Shown piece after piece: positions 8,002 through 17,078 of a stretch of 32,000 nt of DNA (positions are counted from its first letter, which is position 1; every line of letters begins with the position of its first letter). The translations under genes and the position numbers were made by a program. The stretch covers positions 4,200,001 to 4,232,000 of the forward strand of contig CP104013.1 in assembly GCA_025839675.1 (NCBI GenBank), written 5' to 3'. Origin of the DNA: Candidatus Lokiarchaeum ossiferum. GTDB taxonomy: Archaea; Asgardarchaeota; Lokiarchaeia; Sigyniarchaeales; Promethearchaeaceae. Below the pieces are notes generated by a model, which was given only the letters and a program-made list of their open reading frames with translations, was not told the origin of the DNA and ran no database searches.

Positions 8002-8568
8002 TTATGGATGAATTTTGGCAATATCCCCAAATTTTTTAATAAATGCCTCAACTGATTTGGAAATGATCATATGTGCGTAATCACGCCCTTTCCAATCTCT
8101 TACTTCTGAGTAGGAATGTTCTTCTAAATTTTTATATGTTCTGAAAAATTCTTGAATTTCATCAATATAGTGCTGAGGTAATTGCACGATATCCTCGTAT
8201 GTTTTATATATGGGATCCATATCTGGAACAGCCAAGATTTTTTCATCCACTCCATTTTGATCTTCCATCAGTAAAACGCCAATAGGTCGTACTTCCAAAC
8301 AGACTAGAGGGTATGTAGGGTGAGTGATTAATACTAAGATATCTAAAGGATCACCATCATCAGCATATGTGCCTGGAATGAATCCATAATCTTGCGGATA
8401 AATAACGCTTGAATGCAACACTCTATCTAACTTTAAAAGATTCGTTGTTTTAGACATTTCGTATTTATTTTGAGTCCCTTTTGGGCATTCTATAATAGCA
8501 TTGACCTTTTTAGGGACATCAGAACCAGGGGAAATAACTTGCCAATATTTTTGAAGTTCTTTCATCAT
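8002..8568 (-). CDS. ppa: inorganic pyrophosphatase, family I
   Basis: 188 aa. It has IIECPKGTQNKYEM, LKLDRVLHSSVIYPQDYGFIPGTYADDGDPLDILVL and DEKILAV, the canonical soluble PPase motifs. Confidence 0.9.
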   Translation of the reverse strand: MMKELQKYWQVISPGSDVPKKVNAIIECPKGTQNKYEMSKTTNLLKLDRVLHSSVIYPQDYGFIPGTYADDGDPLDILVLITHPTYPLVCLEVRPIGVLLMEDQNGVDEKILAVPDMDPIYKTYEDIVQLPQHYIDEIQEFFRTYKNLEEHSYSEVRDWKGRDYAHMIISKSVEAFIKKFGDIAKIHP

Positions 8569-8603
8569 TTTAACCTATGATAATTATTGCTATATTCATT
8601 TTT

Positions 8604-9791
8604 TTATTCAGGGCGAATTAAGTTTAAACGTTGACCATTTGGTATAACGGATGGATATTGCTTAAAAAGTCGACCCCATTCGGTGGTATTATATTTTTTA
8701 ATCCGTTGCTTTCCAATTGTGTTATACCAAAATAAATCATGATAAATGGCGCTTAGCATGACTGGACCTAGATTAAAGAGAAAAGTATGCATCAGGGGCT
8801 CTAAGAATTTCAGTTTTCCTTTGCGAACTTGTTGATCTCCCCACACTACTAAGCTACGTTCAACGCTAAATTTCCAATCTTCATCCTTAGCATCTTCATC
8901 TCCGATTATTTCAATTTGATCTGGGTCTCCACATCCTAATCCGGCATCATGACATAATTTGATGAAAGGAAGTTTCATTGGATCAAAACCCATCATTTTG
9001 GCAGCGATTGCATCAACCGCTACTTGATCATATCCTGCCATGATATAGTTCTTAATTCGAGGCATCATACATCGGGGACCTGCTCCATCACCTGCGACTG
9101 TTCCATCAACAATTGCCATTAAGCTAGGATGAATTTGTTTTTGGATTGTGAGCAAATCGACGAGTACTTCGCTCATATATTGATGAGAGAAATGGCGACG
9201 TTTCGTGAGTAGTCCGCCAAAAGAATTTTTAATGGAACAAGTTATCCCACCAGCACTTTCATGATTATGATGATCAAAGTCACCTCCCATGGAACCTGTG
9301 TGACCATGAGTTTTAAAAGTAGGGAGGTGGATCATGTTTTTTCCGATGTAAAATTGTGGAATTGAAAATCCTTCTGGAAATATTTTGGAGTCTAGCACCA
9401 TCAAAGGTAATTTAGATTTGAAGGGGGTGAATTTTACACGGGTTAATGGAACAAAGTAAGTATTATATTTTGTAATTATGGGTGACCATTTATTGCCCTT
9501 CAAACCCTTTGCAATATTTGTAACAACCGTGCGATTTTCACAAGTAAAAATATTTTTACCGGAAAACCCATCGTCTTTCATTTTTTTTAATACTCCCTCA
9601 ACTTGCCAAGGGGGGGAAGAACACGCAGGGTAGTATTTACTCCAAGAGAGGTTCAATTTAACAAGTGTTTTCTGTTCAGGGGAAAAAAATTTCGTATAAT
9701 TTGCTAATTCCATTAATTTTGCATAATCGTCTATTATCGTTTTACTCGAAGTTTTTTTAACAAAAATCTGGGGTTTTTCTTTAGCTGGCAT
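8604..9791 (-). CDS. DUF362 domain protein
   Basis: 395 aa. VKLNLSW, LPTFKTHGHTG...IKNSFGG, MAIVDGTVAGDGAGP and YDQVAVDAIAAKMMGFDP follow the DUF362 consensus as I remember it. There is an insertion (GSMGGDFDHHNHESAGG) in the KTH...KN loop. Confidence 0.65.
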   Translation of the reverse strand: MPAKEKPQIFVKKTSSKTIIDDYAKLMELANYTKFFSPEQKTLVKLNLSWSKYYPACSSPPWQVEGVLKKMKDDGFSGKNIFTCENRTVVTNIAKGLKGNKWSPIITKYNTYFVPLTRVKFTPFKSKLPLMVLDSKIFPEGFSIPQFYIGKNMIHLPTFKTHGHTGSMGGDFDHHNHESAGGITCSIKNSFGGLLTKRRHFSHQYMSEVLVDLLTIQKQIHPSLMAIVDGTVAGDGAGPRCMMPRIKNYIMAGYDQVAVDAIAAKMMGFDPMKLPFIKLCHDAGLGCGDPDQIEIIGDEDAKDEDWKFSVERSLVVWGDQQVRKGKLKFLEPLMHTFLFNLGPVMLSAIYHDLFWYNTIGKQRIKKYNTTEWGRLFKQYPSVIPNGQRLNLIRPE

Positions 9792-9820
9792 AGATACTCA
9801 CTTAAATAAATTCATAATAT

Positions 9821-10759
9821 TTACAATATAAAAAAGTCCCACGTTCCAATTTCTAAGTATAGGATTGACAGCACTAATATGCCTAATGTTAAACTTCCAA
9901 TTACCATAGGTTTATCTGTAATTAACTTTTCTGCATTACGTGCAATAATAGGTTTTGCATGAATAAGATAGATATAACGGATGATTAAGAATAGTGCAAA
10001 AGGGGTACTAAAAACTAATAGTCCTTGATTTTCTAGTGGAACGATAGAATCACTCTCTTGAGGTCCTAACACGCAATATAATGTATACATAATAAATAGG
10101 GCCGTTCCAACTATAATGAGTATATTGTTTAAAAGGGCACTAGAATATTCATCATAGGTTTTTTTATGTTTGCTTGCATCTTCTGAACCCAGTAAGTCAA
10201 AATCTGCAATTCGTTTTCCTGTGGCAAGAAGCAAAGCTGTAAGAAATACTGTAATCGTTAACCATGGTGATATTCTGACGTTAAGGATGGCACAACCTGC
10301 GAGAGCTCTCCAAATATAGGTTGTACTTAAGCAAATAATATCTGCAAATGCAATTTGCTTAAGAACAAAATTATATAGAACTCCATTTAGAAACACCAGG
10401 ACAATCATAATAGAAAACAAATTTTTAAAATAGATAATGAAGCCAATCTCAATCCCGAAGATGATAAAAAATAGAACCCATGCAAACATTTTTGACAATG
10501 TTCCATTCGCTAATGGTCGAGTTAACATTTTTTCGGAATGGATTTTGTCCGATTCAATATCCATTATATCATTTAAAATATAAACCAAAGAAGAACTAAG
10601 ACAAATTAAGAAGAATCCCAATAGCAAGCGCGGATATTCGGGAAATTCAAATAATTTGCCTGCAAAAAAAACTCCTATGAATAAAATCAAGTTTTTGTAG
10701 TATTGACGAACTCGTAGGAGCTGAAATACCGCTTTAAATTTTGAAGCCATAATTTTCAC
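9821..10759 (-). CDS. UbiA-superfamily prenyltransferase (resembles the polyprenyl-phosphate phosphoribosyltransferase/DPPR-synthase-like subgroup)
   Basis: 312 aa and polytopic. The first Asp-rich motif is YILNDIMDIESDKIHSEKMLTRPLANG. The second region, TGKRIADFDLLGSEDASKHKKTYDEY, resembles the GKR..E/D...Y pattern of the DPPRS-like branch. The subfamily assignment is tentative. Confidence 0.75.
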   Translation of the reverse strand: MKIMASKFKAVFQLLRVRQYYKNLILFIGVFFAGKLFEFPEYPRLLLGFFLICLSSSLVYILNDIMDIESDKIHSEKMLTRPLANGTLSKMFAWVLFFIIFGIEIGFIIYFKNLFSIMIVLVFLNGVLYNFVLKQIAFADIICLSTTYIWRALAGCAILNVRISPWLTITVFLTALLLATGKRIADFDLLGSEDASKHKKTYDEYSSALLNNILIIVGTALFIMYTLYCVLGPQESDSIVPLENQGLLVFSTPFALFLIIRYIYLIHAKPIIARNAEKLITDKPMVIGSLTLGILVLSILYLEIGTWDFFIL

Positions 10760-10763
10760 AGTT

Positions 10764-13337
10764 TTATATTAATATTTTTTCTGGATGTCTCCATTGGATT
10801 ATTTTATTTATTAAATTACTGAAACCACTAATATTTGATTTCTTTTGGAGAATTAGATTTGGTGAAATTAATCCAATCACATCAATTTTAGAGATTTCGA
10901 GTTCCATTTCTTCTTCAAAAATAGATTTTACCCAGATTTTATGTATTTGTTCAATTTCACTTTTTTCATCTATTTTGAATTCAATTTTAGTGATGAAGGC
11001 ATCAATTTCTGCATTAACTGCTTTCTTTAAAATAACATAACACCGAATTTGTTGTTCTTGCAAGTGCTGAATAAATTTTCGTTCTGATTCAAATGAAGTT
11101 TCGTCATTATGGATTGGGAAGTAAAGTTCGGAATATTTGAAAATATAATCTTCTTTTTTAGCTTCAAATGTGGAGTTCGATTCTGGATCCTTCAATTGCA
11201 ATACAAATTCCTTGTTTTCATTTAACTCATAGTTTTCTAATATCATTCTTTTGAAAGATCCCTTTTCTTTCATAAAAATATCTTTTTCCTTAAACTGCTC
11301 AATATATTGATACGATTTAGGAACGATCTCGTTAAAAATAGATTTTTTCACTTCACTTTCCTGATCCCCTAGACGTTCAAAAACTAAAACTCCTGTATTA
11401 AGGAAAAGATAGGAAGGGTTCTCCTTTTTAGGCTTTTTCTCTGATTTTTGGTAGACTTCCTCAAGGCGAATTTCTTTCAATTTCAGTAACGATTCCTCTT
11501 TCCTATATGGGTAAATTTCTCCGATATTGACTGAAACTTCTAAATTTTGGGATGGATTAATAGTGATAAATTCTTTTGTTTCATCTCCTTGCAATACCTT
11601 CACTTTATATCTTATTGGTTCTGTTATGCTATCCACATACTCAATATCTTCAATTCTTCCAAATATTCTTTTCTTTGTTATCAAATTTTGATAAACATAA
11701 GTTTGTCCAATTTTAAAACTCAATTCTTCCTTTTTCTTTAAAATTGTCATAATATCCTTAACATCAGTTATTTTGAATCGTTTTTTGACTTTCTCAGTTG
11801 TCATTTGAATATATTTTTGTCGAGCATGTTCTGTTTCTATTAAAAATTGATTTGCTTTATATTTTTTAAGAAACGTAAATGGCATTAATGATTCACGCAT
11901 GCAAGAAATTGGTGTTTCATTGTAAGATGCCATTATTCGATGATAGGATGGGGGGTGAGAGTTAATAAGATTTGAGAGAAGTGTCCCTTTATTTGGATTA
12001 ATTAAATTTTTATTAAGATAACTCGCTGTTGAGATATAATTCAGCATTTTATTATTTTCAGTTTCAATTTCATTACTCAATAATGTTGCATCTAGTCCAA
12101 TTTCATGAGATGTTGCATAAAATGATTCCAAGTTATACAATCCTTTTGCCAATTCATGAGCATAACCAGCGTCTCGAGCCGCTTTATCTGCATGAGCTTC
12201 AAAATCACGAACGAAAATATAAATAAAAACACTCATAACAACATTCAAGAGTAAAAAGACCCATAATGGGAACGGTTGGCTGTCTGGTGCAAAAGTATAA
12301 TCATACATGGTCACGGGCCATTTTAAGAAATAAAATATAAGTATCTGTATTGATGAGATGATGTTTAACCAAAAAGTGTGAAGTCCCTTTAAATGTCCAA
12401 GTTCATGGGCAACAACCCCTTTTAATTCGTCTTCGGGTATTGTATCTATTTCCGGAGAAATAATTGCCATATGCATATTAAAGAAGGCTCCATAGGCCAT
12501 GGCATTTAGGATGGGGTATTTAGCATATCTAATTTTAATCTTTTTAGGATCCATTTTCATTTTGATTGCAGTCTCTTCAACAATTTTAACCAAACGAGGA
12601 TCATCGGTTTTCTTATAACCCATTAAAAGATCTAACAAAGGTCCTGAAAAGACATATATAACAATATTACTAATAATAAGAGCAAAATAGATGGAATTCA
12701 TTATGATGTCTTCTAATTCTTGTGGTCCTAATTTAGCAACAGTTACAATTAATCCCCATGCAACTAAATAGACTGCAAGAGTAAGGTATGTTGGGCTCAT
12801 AAATCGGAAAACAACCATATATTTCCGACCGAAGAATGCAAAACCTAATATGAGCATTACCCAGAAACTCAAAGAAAATGCTGTATTTAACCATACTTCT
12901 CCGTCTTCGATCAATCCATTTGCCTGTAAGATATCTCCTATAATTCCTGCAAAAAAAATCATATTGTATGTAATTACGGTTATTAGCACAACTTTATTAA
13001 GAATTTCATAATCCTTCATTTCATAAACACCAAAAATGAGATAGATTGAGAAGGCACCAATAAAAGAGTTAAACAAATTTTTAGAAGCAAGGTAGACGGT
13101 GATAAATAAGAAAATGATAACAACAAGATCACTCCATTCACTTCGTTTTCCATTTTTTATCCAATTAAGTCCTTCATTAATCATTACTATCCACATTATT
13201 CCAAAGCCTGCCCATAAAGCAATATCAAGTGGCTTTGTAGGTATTTTAATTACCTGTAAGAGAAATAGGGGCAATATGATTGATAAAGTACCAAGAATAA
13301 ATGTTAAAAGAATTAACATCTGGTTTCTTTTTTTCAT
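10764..13337 (-). CDS. polytopic membrane M48 (HtpX/Ste24-type) zinc metalloprotease fused to a ~390-aa C-terminal soluble region of unknown function
   Basis: 857 aa. About 7 hydrophobic helices occupy the first ~240 aa. The M48 core has NAMAYGAFF, the HEXXH motif VVAHELGHLKGLH (nt 12393-12407 encode HELGH), two more TM helices, and the third-ligand motif RDFEAHADKAARDAGY. The remainder (about nt 10767-11930) is K/E-rich, looks beta-rich, and has no family I recognise. Confidence 0.7.
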   Translation of the reverse strand: MKKRNQMLILLTFILGTLSIILPLFLLQVIKIPTKPLDIALWAGFGIMWIVMINEGLNWIKNGKRSEWSDLVVIIFLFITVYLASKNLFNSFIGAFSIYLIFGVYEMKDYEILNKVVLITVITYNMIFFAGIIGDILQANGLIEDGEVWLNTAFSLSFWVMLILGFAFFGRKYMVVFRFMSPTYLTLAVYLVAWGLIVTVAKLGPQELEDIIMNSIYFALIISNIVIYVFSGPLLDLLMGYKKTDDPRLVKIVEETAIKMKMDPKKIKIRYAKYPILNAMAYGAFFNMHMAIISPEIDTIPEDELKGVVAHELGHLKGLHTFWLNIISSIQILIFYFLKWPVTMYDYTFAPDSQPFPLWVFLLLNVVMSVFIYIFVRDFEAHADKAARDAGYAHELAKGLYNLESFYATSHEIGLDATLLSNEIETENNKMLNYISTASYLNKNLINPNKGTLLSNLINSHPPSYHRIMASYNETPISCMRESLMPFTFLKKYKANQFLIETEHARQKYIQMTTEKVKKRFKITDVKDIMTILKKKEELSFKIGQTYVYQNLITKKRIFGRIEDIEYVDSITEPIRYKVKVLQGDETKEFITINPSQNLEVSVNIGEIYPYRKEESLLKLKEIRLEEVYQKSEKKPKKENPSYLFLNTGVLVFERLGDQESEVKKSIFNEIVPKSYQYIEQFKEKDIFMKEKGSFKRMILENYELNENKEFVLQLKDPESNSTFEAKKEDYIFKYSELYFPIHNDETSFESERKFIQHLQEQQIRCYVILKKAVNAEIDAFITKIEFKIDEKSEIEQIHKIWVKSIFEEEMELEISKIDVIGLISPNLILQKKSNISGFSNLINKIIQWRHPEKILI

Positions 13338-13387
13338 GGGTAAAGGTATTATTGGGAAAATTAATACTTAATTGCTTATTTCTTTAA

Positions 13388-14149
13388 GTGAAAATGGATG
13401 ATCTTGAACAAATTACTTCGCTTGTACAGCTAAAGGAAATGTATAGAAATAAGTTACCGAACCATGTTGGATTAATTTTAGATGGCAATCGGAGATGGAT
13501 CAAACAACAAGGCCTTGTAGACACATTGAAAGGCCATAAAGCAGGGTATAAAACCCTAAGGAAAATTCTTTACCCATTTTTCGAAGCAGGAGTGACTTAT
13601 CTAAGTATTTATGCACTTTCTTCTGAAAATATTCGAAAAAGATCGGCTAAAGAAGTGAAATATTTGTTTAAGTTACTCTTGACTGGAATTGAAGATGTGT
13701 TGAAAGAACCGCTTATTCATGAAAAGCGCGTCCAAGTTAAAGTAATTGGACGATTACACGAACTTCCCGAAGATATTCAACATGCTATTGAGCATATGAA
13801 TCAAGCAACAGCGCATTATAATGGATGTTTTATCAATGTTTGTATTAATTATGATGGTCAGGAAGAAATTGTTGATGCTGTAAAAAGCATTGTTTCCAAG
13901 GGTTTACCTGTTGAAAAAATCAATAAGCAAGTGCTCAAGGAGCATCTTTATACCAATAAATTTCCAGAAGCAGATTATATTATTCGAACAGGGATGGATG
14001 ATGGAGCTCGAATTTCTGGATTTTTAGTATGGGATTCATCATATGCTGAATATCGATTTCGAAACGAATTGTGGCCAGAATATAACGAAAAAATGCTACT
14101 TGAAGATTTAATCGAATATGTAAAGCGTAATCGAAGAAAAGGCAAATAG
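13388..14149 (+). CDS. uppS: cis-prenyltransferase (undecaprenyl/di-trans,poly-cis-polyprenyl diphosphate synthase)
   Basis: 253 aa from GTG 13388, or ATG 13394 two codons later. It has HVGLILDGNRRW, LSIYALSSENIRKR, NYDGQEEIV and IIRTGMDDGARISGFLVWDSSYAEY, the canonical UPPS motifs. Confidence 0.9.
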   Translation: MKMDDLEQITSLVQLKEMYRNKLPNHVGLILDGNRRWIKQQGLVDTLKGHKAGYKTLRKILYPFFEAGVTYLSIYALSSENIRKRSAKEVKYLFKLLLTGIEDVLKEPLIHEKRVQVKVIGRLHELPEDIQHAIEHMNQATAHYNGCFINVCINYDGQEEIVDAVKSIVSKGLPVEKINKQVLKEHLYTNKFPEADYIIRTGMDDGARISGFLVWDSSYAEYRFRNELWPEYNEKMLLEDLIEYVKRNRRKGK

Positions 14150-14155
14150 ACTTGT

Positions 14156-15154
14156 TTAGTTGGTTCGTGTTAAAGCTAATTCTGCAATTCCAACCAAATT
14201 TTCTTTCGCTTCTGACTCGGGAAATATACTCAATGTTTTTTTTGCTTCGCTTGCATGTTTTTTTGCTATCAGTTTTGCTTCAGAAATTGCCCCGCTCTTT
14301 TTAATTAGATCAAGCGCTTTCTGCACATCTAAGTCATTTTTCTCTTTTTTATCCAAAAATGTTTTTAGATTTTTTAAGTCTGTCGAACTCAGATGTTCCA
14401 AAGCATATAGAAGGATGTATGTTTTTTTTCCTTCACGGAGATCACTCCCTATTGGTTTTCCAAAATCTTTTACATTTCCAATTATTCCTAAAATATCATC
14501 AACTAATTGAAATGCAATTCCAAGTGAAATACCATATTGTTCTAAAGCTTCAATCTCTACTTTTGAAAATTCGCCTGCTATAGCTCCAATCTGAACACTT
14601 GTTTTGAAAAGGGCTCCCGTTTTTAATTTGATCATTTCAAAGTATTCTTCAACTGAAACATCCGTCCTATTCTCAAAATTCATATCCATGGTTTGCCCTT
14701 CACATAAATCAATTCCAACATTTCCCAAGGCTAAGGAAATATTAGATTTAATGTCAGGAGAAAATTGTGATTCATTAACTAATACTGTACTCATTGATGA
14801 TAGCAAATCTCCCGCTAAAATTGCTGTCGATTCATTCCATTTCGTGTGTACAGTTGGTATTCCTCTTCGAATTGGATCATTATCCATGATGTCATCATGA
14901 ATGAGGGTAAAAGTGTGTAGAATTTCAACAGCACTGGCAATTGGAATCAAATTATCAATGTAAGGTTGGTTTAGTTTAAAACTTTCTATTACTAAAAATG
15001 GTCTCAGTCGTTTTCCTCCTCCGAGAATGTAATGATTGGCTGCATCCCACAGGTTTTTTATTTTACCCATCAATCGTTTTGATAAAAATTGATCCACTTT
15101 GTTTGCTGTTTGACTTATATTTAATTTTATTTGTTTTTCATCCATATTATTCAT
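14156..15154 (-). CDS. idsA: short-chain trans-prenyl diphosphate synthase, most likely geranylgeranyl diphosphate synthase
   Basis: 332 aa. It has GGKRLRP, the FARM motif HTFTLIHDDIMDND with an aromatic F at position -5 (a short-chain determinant), the SARM motif FQLVDDILG, and GKPIGSDLREGKKT. Confidence 0.85.
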   Translation of the reverse strand: MNNMDEKQIKLNISQTANKVDQFLSKRLMGKIKNLWDAANHYILGGGKRLRPFLVIESFKLNQPYIDNLIPIASAVEILHTFTLIHDDIMDNDPIRRGIPTVHTKWNESTAILAGDLLSSMSTVLVNESQFSPDIKSNISLALGNVGIDLCEGQTMDMNFENRTDVSVEEYFEMIKLKTGALFKTSVQIGAIAGEFSKVEIEALEQYGISLGIAFQLVDDILGIIGNVKDFGKPIGSDLREGKKTYILLYALEHLSSTDLKNLKTFLDKKEKNDLDVQKALDLIKKSGAISEAKLIAKKHASEAKKTLSIFPESEAKENLVGIAELALTRTN

Positions 15155-15174
15155 TCCTTTATATGATTTTGACG

Positions 15175-16245
15175 TTAGATTCTATTATTTTTCCATGTTT
15201 CTAAGGGGGGATATATTATTTTTGGGATATTTTGTAGTTCCTTCAAGTTTTTACTTCCTGTTAGAAGCATCACTCGTTTTAAATCCCTTTCTAACTTGCT
15301 GATGTATTCATTTATTTCTTTAGGTCCATTTTTGATAAGTTGAATAAAAGGTAGTGCAATTCCCCCCATATCAGCTCCAATTGAAATTGCTTTAGCAATA
15401 TCAATTCCACTTCGAATTCCCCCACTTCCGATTATGAAGTTCTTTGGGTTTGAGACGCTTTTTACTTCCAAAATACTGGCCGCGGTTGGGATCCCCCAGT
15501 CTGAAAAAGGGTTTAAATTATCATGTCCATAACTAATTTGTTTGGATTTTGTTCGATGATTTTCTATTACTGAAAAAGATGTTCCACCTGCCCCAGCAAC
15601 ATCAATAATTTCGATTCCGTTGTTAAATAATTTCTGGGCAATTTCCTTGGAAATTCCTGCTCCTGTTTCTTTAATAATTATTGGAATTTCTAATTCATCT
15701 CTCAATTCTATAATTTTATTGAATCCAGAACCATAAATTCTATCTCCTTCTGGTTGAATTATTTCTTGAAGACTATTAAGATGAATCGCTAAGGCATCAG
15801 CATCAATCATTTTGATAATTTTTTCAATGGGGCTAATATCTGAATACCGGACAATTTGAGCGATTCCTATATTGGCAATTAATGGAATAGTGGGTGCAAC
15901 ATTTCTTGCTATTTTGAATGACATATATGATTCTGGATGCTCTAATGCTACTCTCTGGCTTCCAACCATCATGGCAATTTTTTTTTCTTCAGCAACATTT
16001 GCTAATATTTTGTTGATTTCTTTTCCTTTTTCAGTTCCACCTGTCAATGCTTCAATAACAAGAGGTATTCTTAAGTTTTTGTTTAAAAATGTGATAGATG
16101 TATTTATTTCTTCAAATTCAAAGTTGGGTATAGCTTGATGAATAAATTCAATGTATTTGAACCAAGATTTGTTATTTGATTCAACTTGTTGGGTTTGAGC
16201 AATTTCAATATGTTTGTCTTTTCTATCAAGAATAGTGGTTTTCAT
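15175..16245 (-). CDS. fni: isopentenyl-diphosphate delta-isomerase, type 2 (FMN-dependent)
   Basis: 356 aa. It has RKDKHIEIA, MVGSQRVAL, IIIKETGAGIS, DVAGAGGTSF and GSGGIRSGIDIAKAISIGADM, which mark a TIM-barrel IDI-2. Confidence 0.9.
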   Translation of the reverse strand: MKTTILDRKDKHIEIAQTQQVESNNKSWFKYIEFIHQAIPNFEFEEINTSITFLNKNLRIPLVIEALTGGTEKGKEINKILANVAEEKKIAMMVGSQRVALEHPESYMSFKIARNVAPTIPLIANIGIAQIVRYSDISPIEKIIKMIDADALAIHLNSLQEIIQPEGDRIYGSGFNKIIELRDELEIPIIIKETGAGISKEIAQKLFNNGIEIIDVAGAGGTSFSVIENHRTKSKQISYGHDNLNPFSDWGIPTAASILEVKSVSNPKNFIIGSGGIRSGIDIAKAISIGADMGGIALPFIQLIKNGPKEINEYISKLERDLKRVMLLTGSKNLKELQNIPKIIYPPLETWKNNRI

Positions 16246-16262
16246 CCTAAGTGCCTCATTTT

Positions 16263-17078
16263 TTAATATATAGTTGTTGAAGGAATTTTTTGTTGTTGAA
16301 GGGCTTTTAAAAGGAAATTTTTCTGTTTACCGTTAATTAATTGGACTGGGATTTTCAATTTGCAAATTTTTTTAGTTTCTTCTAATTTTCCCAAAATTCC
16401 TCCCGTTACATCAATTTTTAGTCCTAAATTGAAGAATTTAATGGAATCAATTTTTGTATGCTCAATATTTGAAAGAAGTTTTTTTTTTTTATCAGCATCT
16501 TCAATATAAAGACCATCTTCATCGAAACAAAAAACAACTTTCCTAATTCGGTATTTTGGTGGTTTTTTTGAATCCACAAATTGTTTACATATTTCTTCAA
16601 TTATTTTATCACCTGAAATAATGGAAAAATCATTTTCTTGTCCAAAGATAATATCTCCATATAATATTGGAGTAATTTTCAAATCTAGCAATTTTATTAA
16701 TACTGTTATCAAATTTCCCGAGGGGAATCGCTTTTGATAAAATACAGCAGAAGGTTGTATAGGCATCGCTGGAATTTTTTTTTCTAAGAACTTATTTAAG
16801 ATAATAGAATTTAACTTAGCCACTCCGTTATGGGTTTTTATTAATCCTATTATTTGATCCTCAATTTCATTATTCCGGCCCGAAACGATGTGGTATTCCT
16901 TCGCAAGTGGGTGAGCAAATGATCCCGCTCCATGAACTATAATGCATTTCTGATCTGCTTTTTGTATTTGATCAATCAAATCATCCAAAACGTCTTCTTT
17001 CAATGAAAAAGGAATATTTTTGTCTGTTATGACACTACCGCCTATTTTAATAATCGTAATATCCTGTGTATTAGTCAT
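16263..17078 (-). CDS. ipk: isopentenyl phosphate kinase (amino-acid-kinase fold)
   Basis: 271 aa. It has ITIIKIGGSVITDK, IIVHGAGSFAHPLAKEY and YGDIIF...SIISGD, with DVTGG near the C-terminus. Its ATG overlaps the mvk stop by 8 nt. Confidence 0.85.
   Translation of the reverse strand: MTNTQDITIIKIGGSVITDKNIPFSLKEDVLDDLIDQIQKADQKCIIVHGAGSFAHPLAKEYHIVSGRNNEIEDQIIGLIKTHNGVAKLNSIILNKFLEKKIPAMPIQPSAVFYQKRFPSGNLITVLIKLLDLKITPILYGDIIFGQENDFSIISGDKIIEEICKQFVDSKKPPKYRIRKVVFCFDEDGLYIEDADKKKKLLSNIEHTKIDSIKFFNLGLKIDVTGGILGKLEETKKICKLKIPVQLINGKQKNFLLKALQQQKIPSTTIY

Noticed and set aside
10764-13337. Annotating the M48 protein specifically as a CAAX prenyl protease (Ste24 ortholog).
   Set aside because: The HELGH and E..AD motifs are shared by HtpX-type (M48B) and Ste24-type (M48A) enzymes, and I cannot separate them by eye. 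No protein prenyltransferase or CAAX substrate is evident. I kept only the family-level call.
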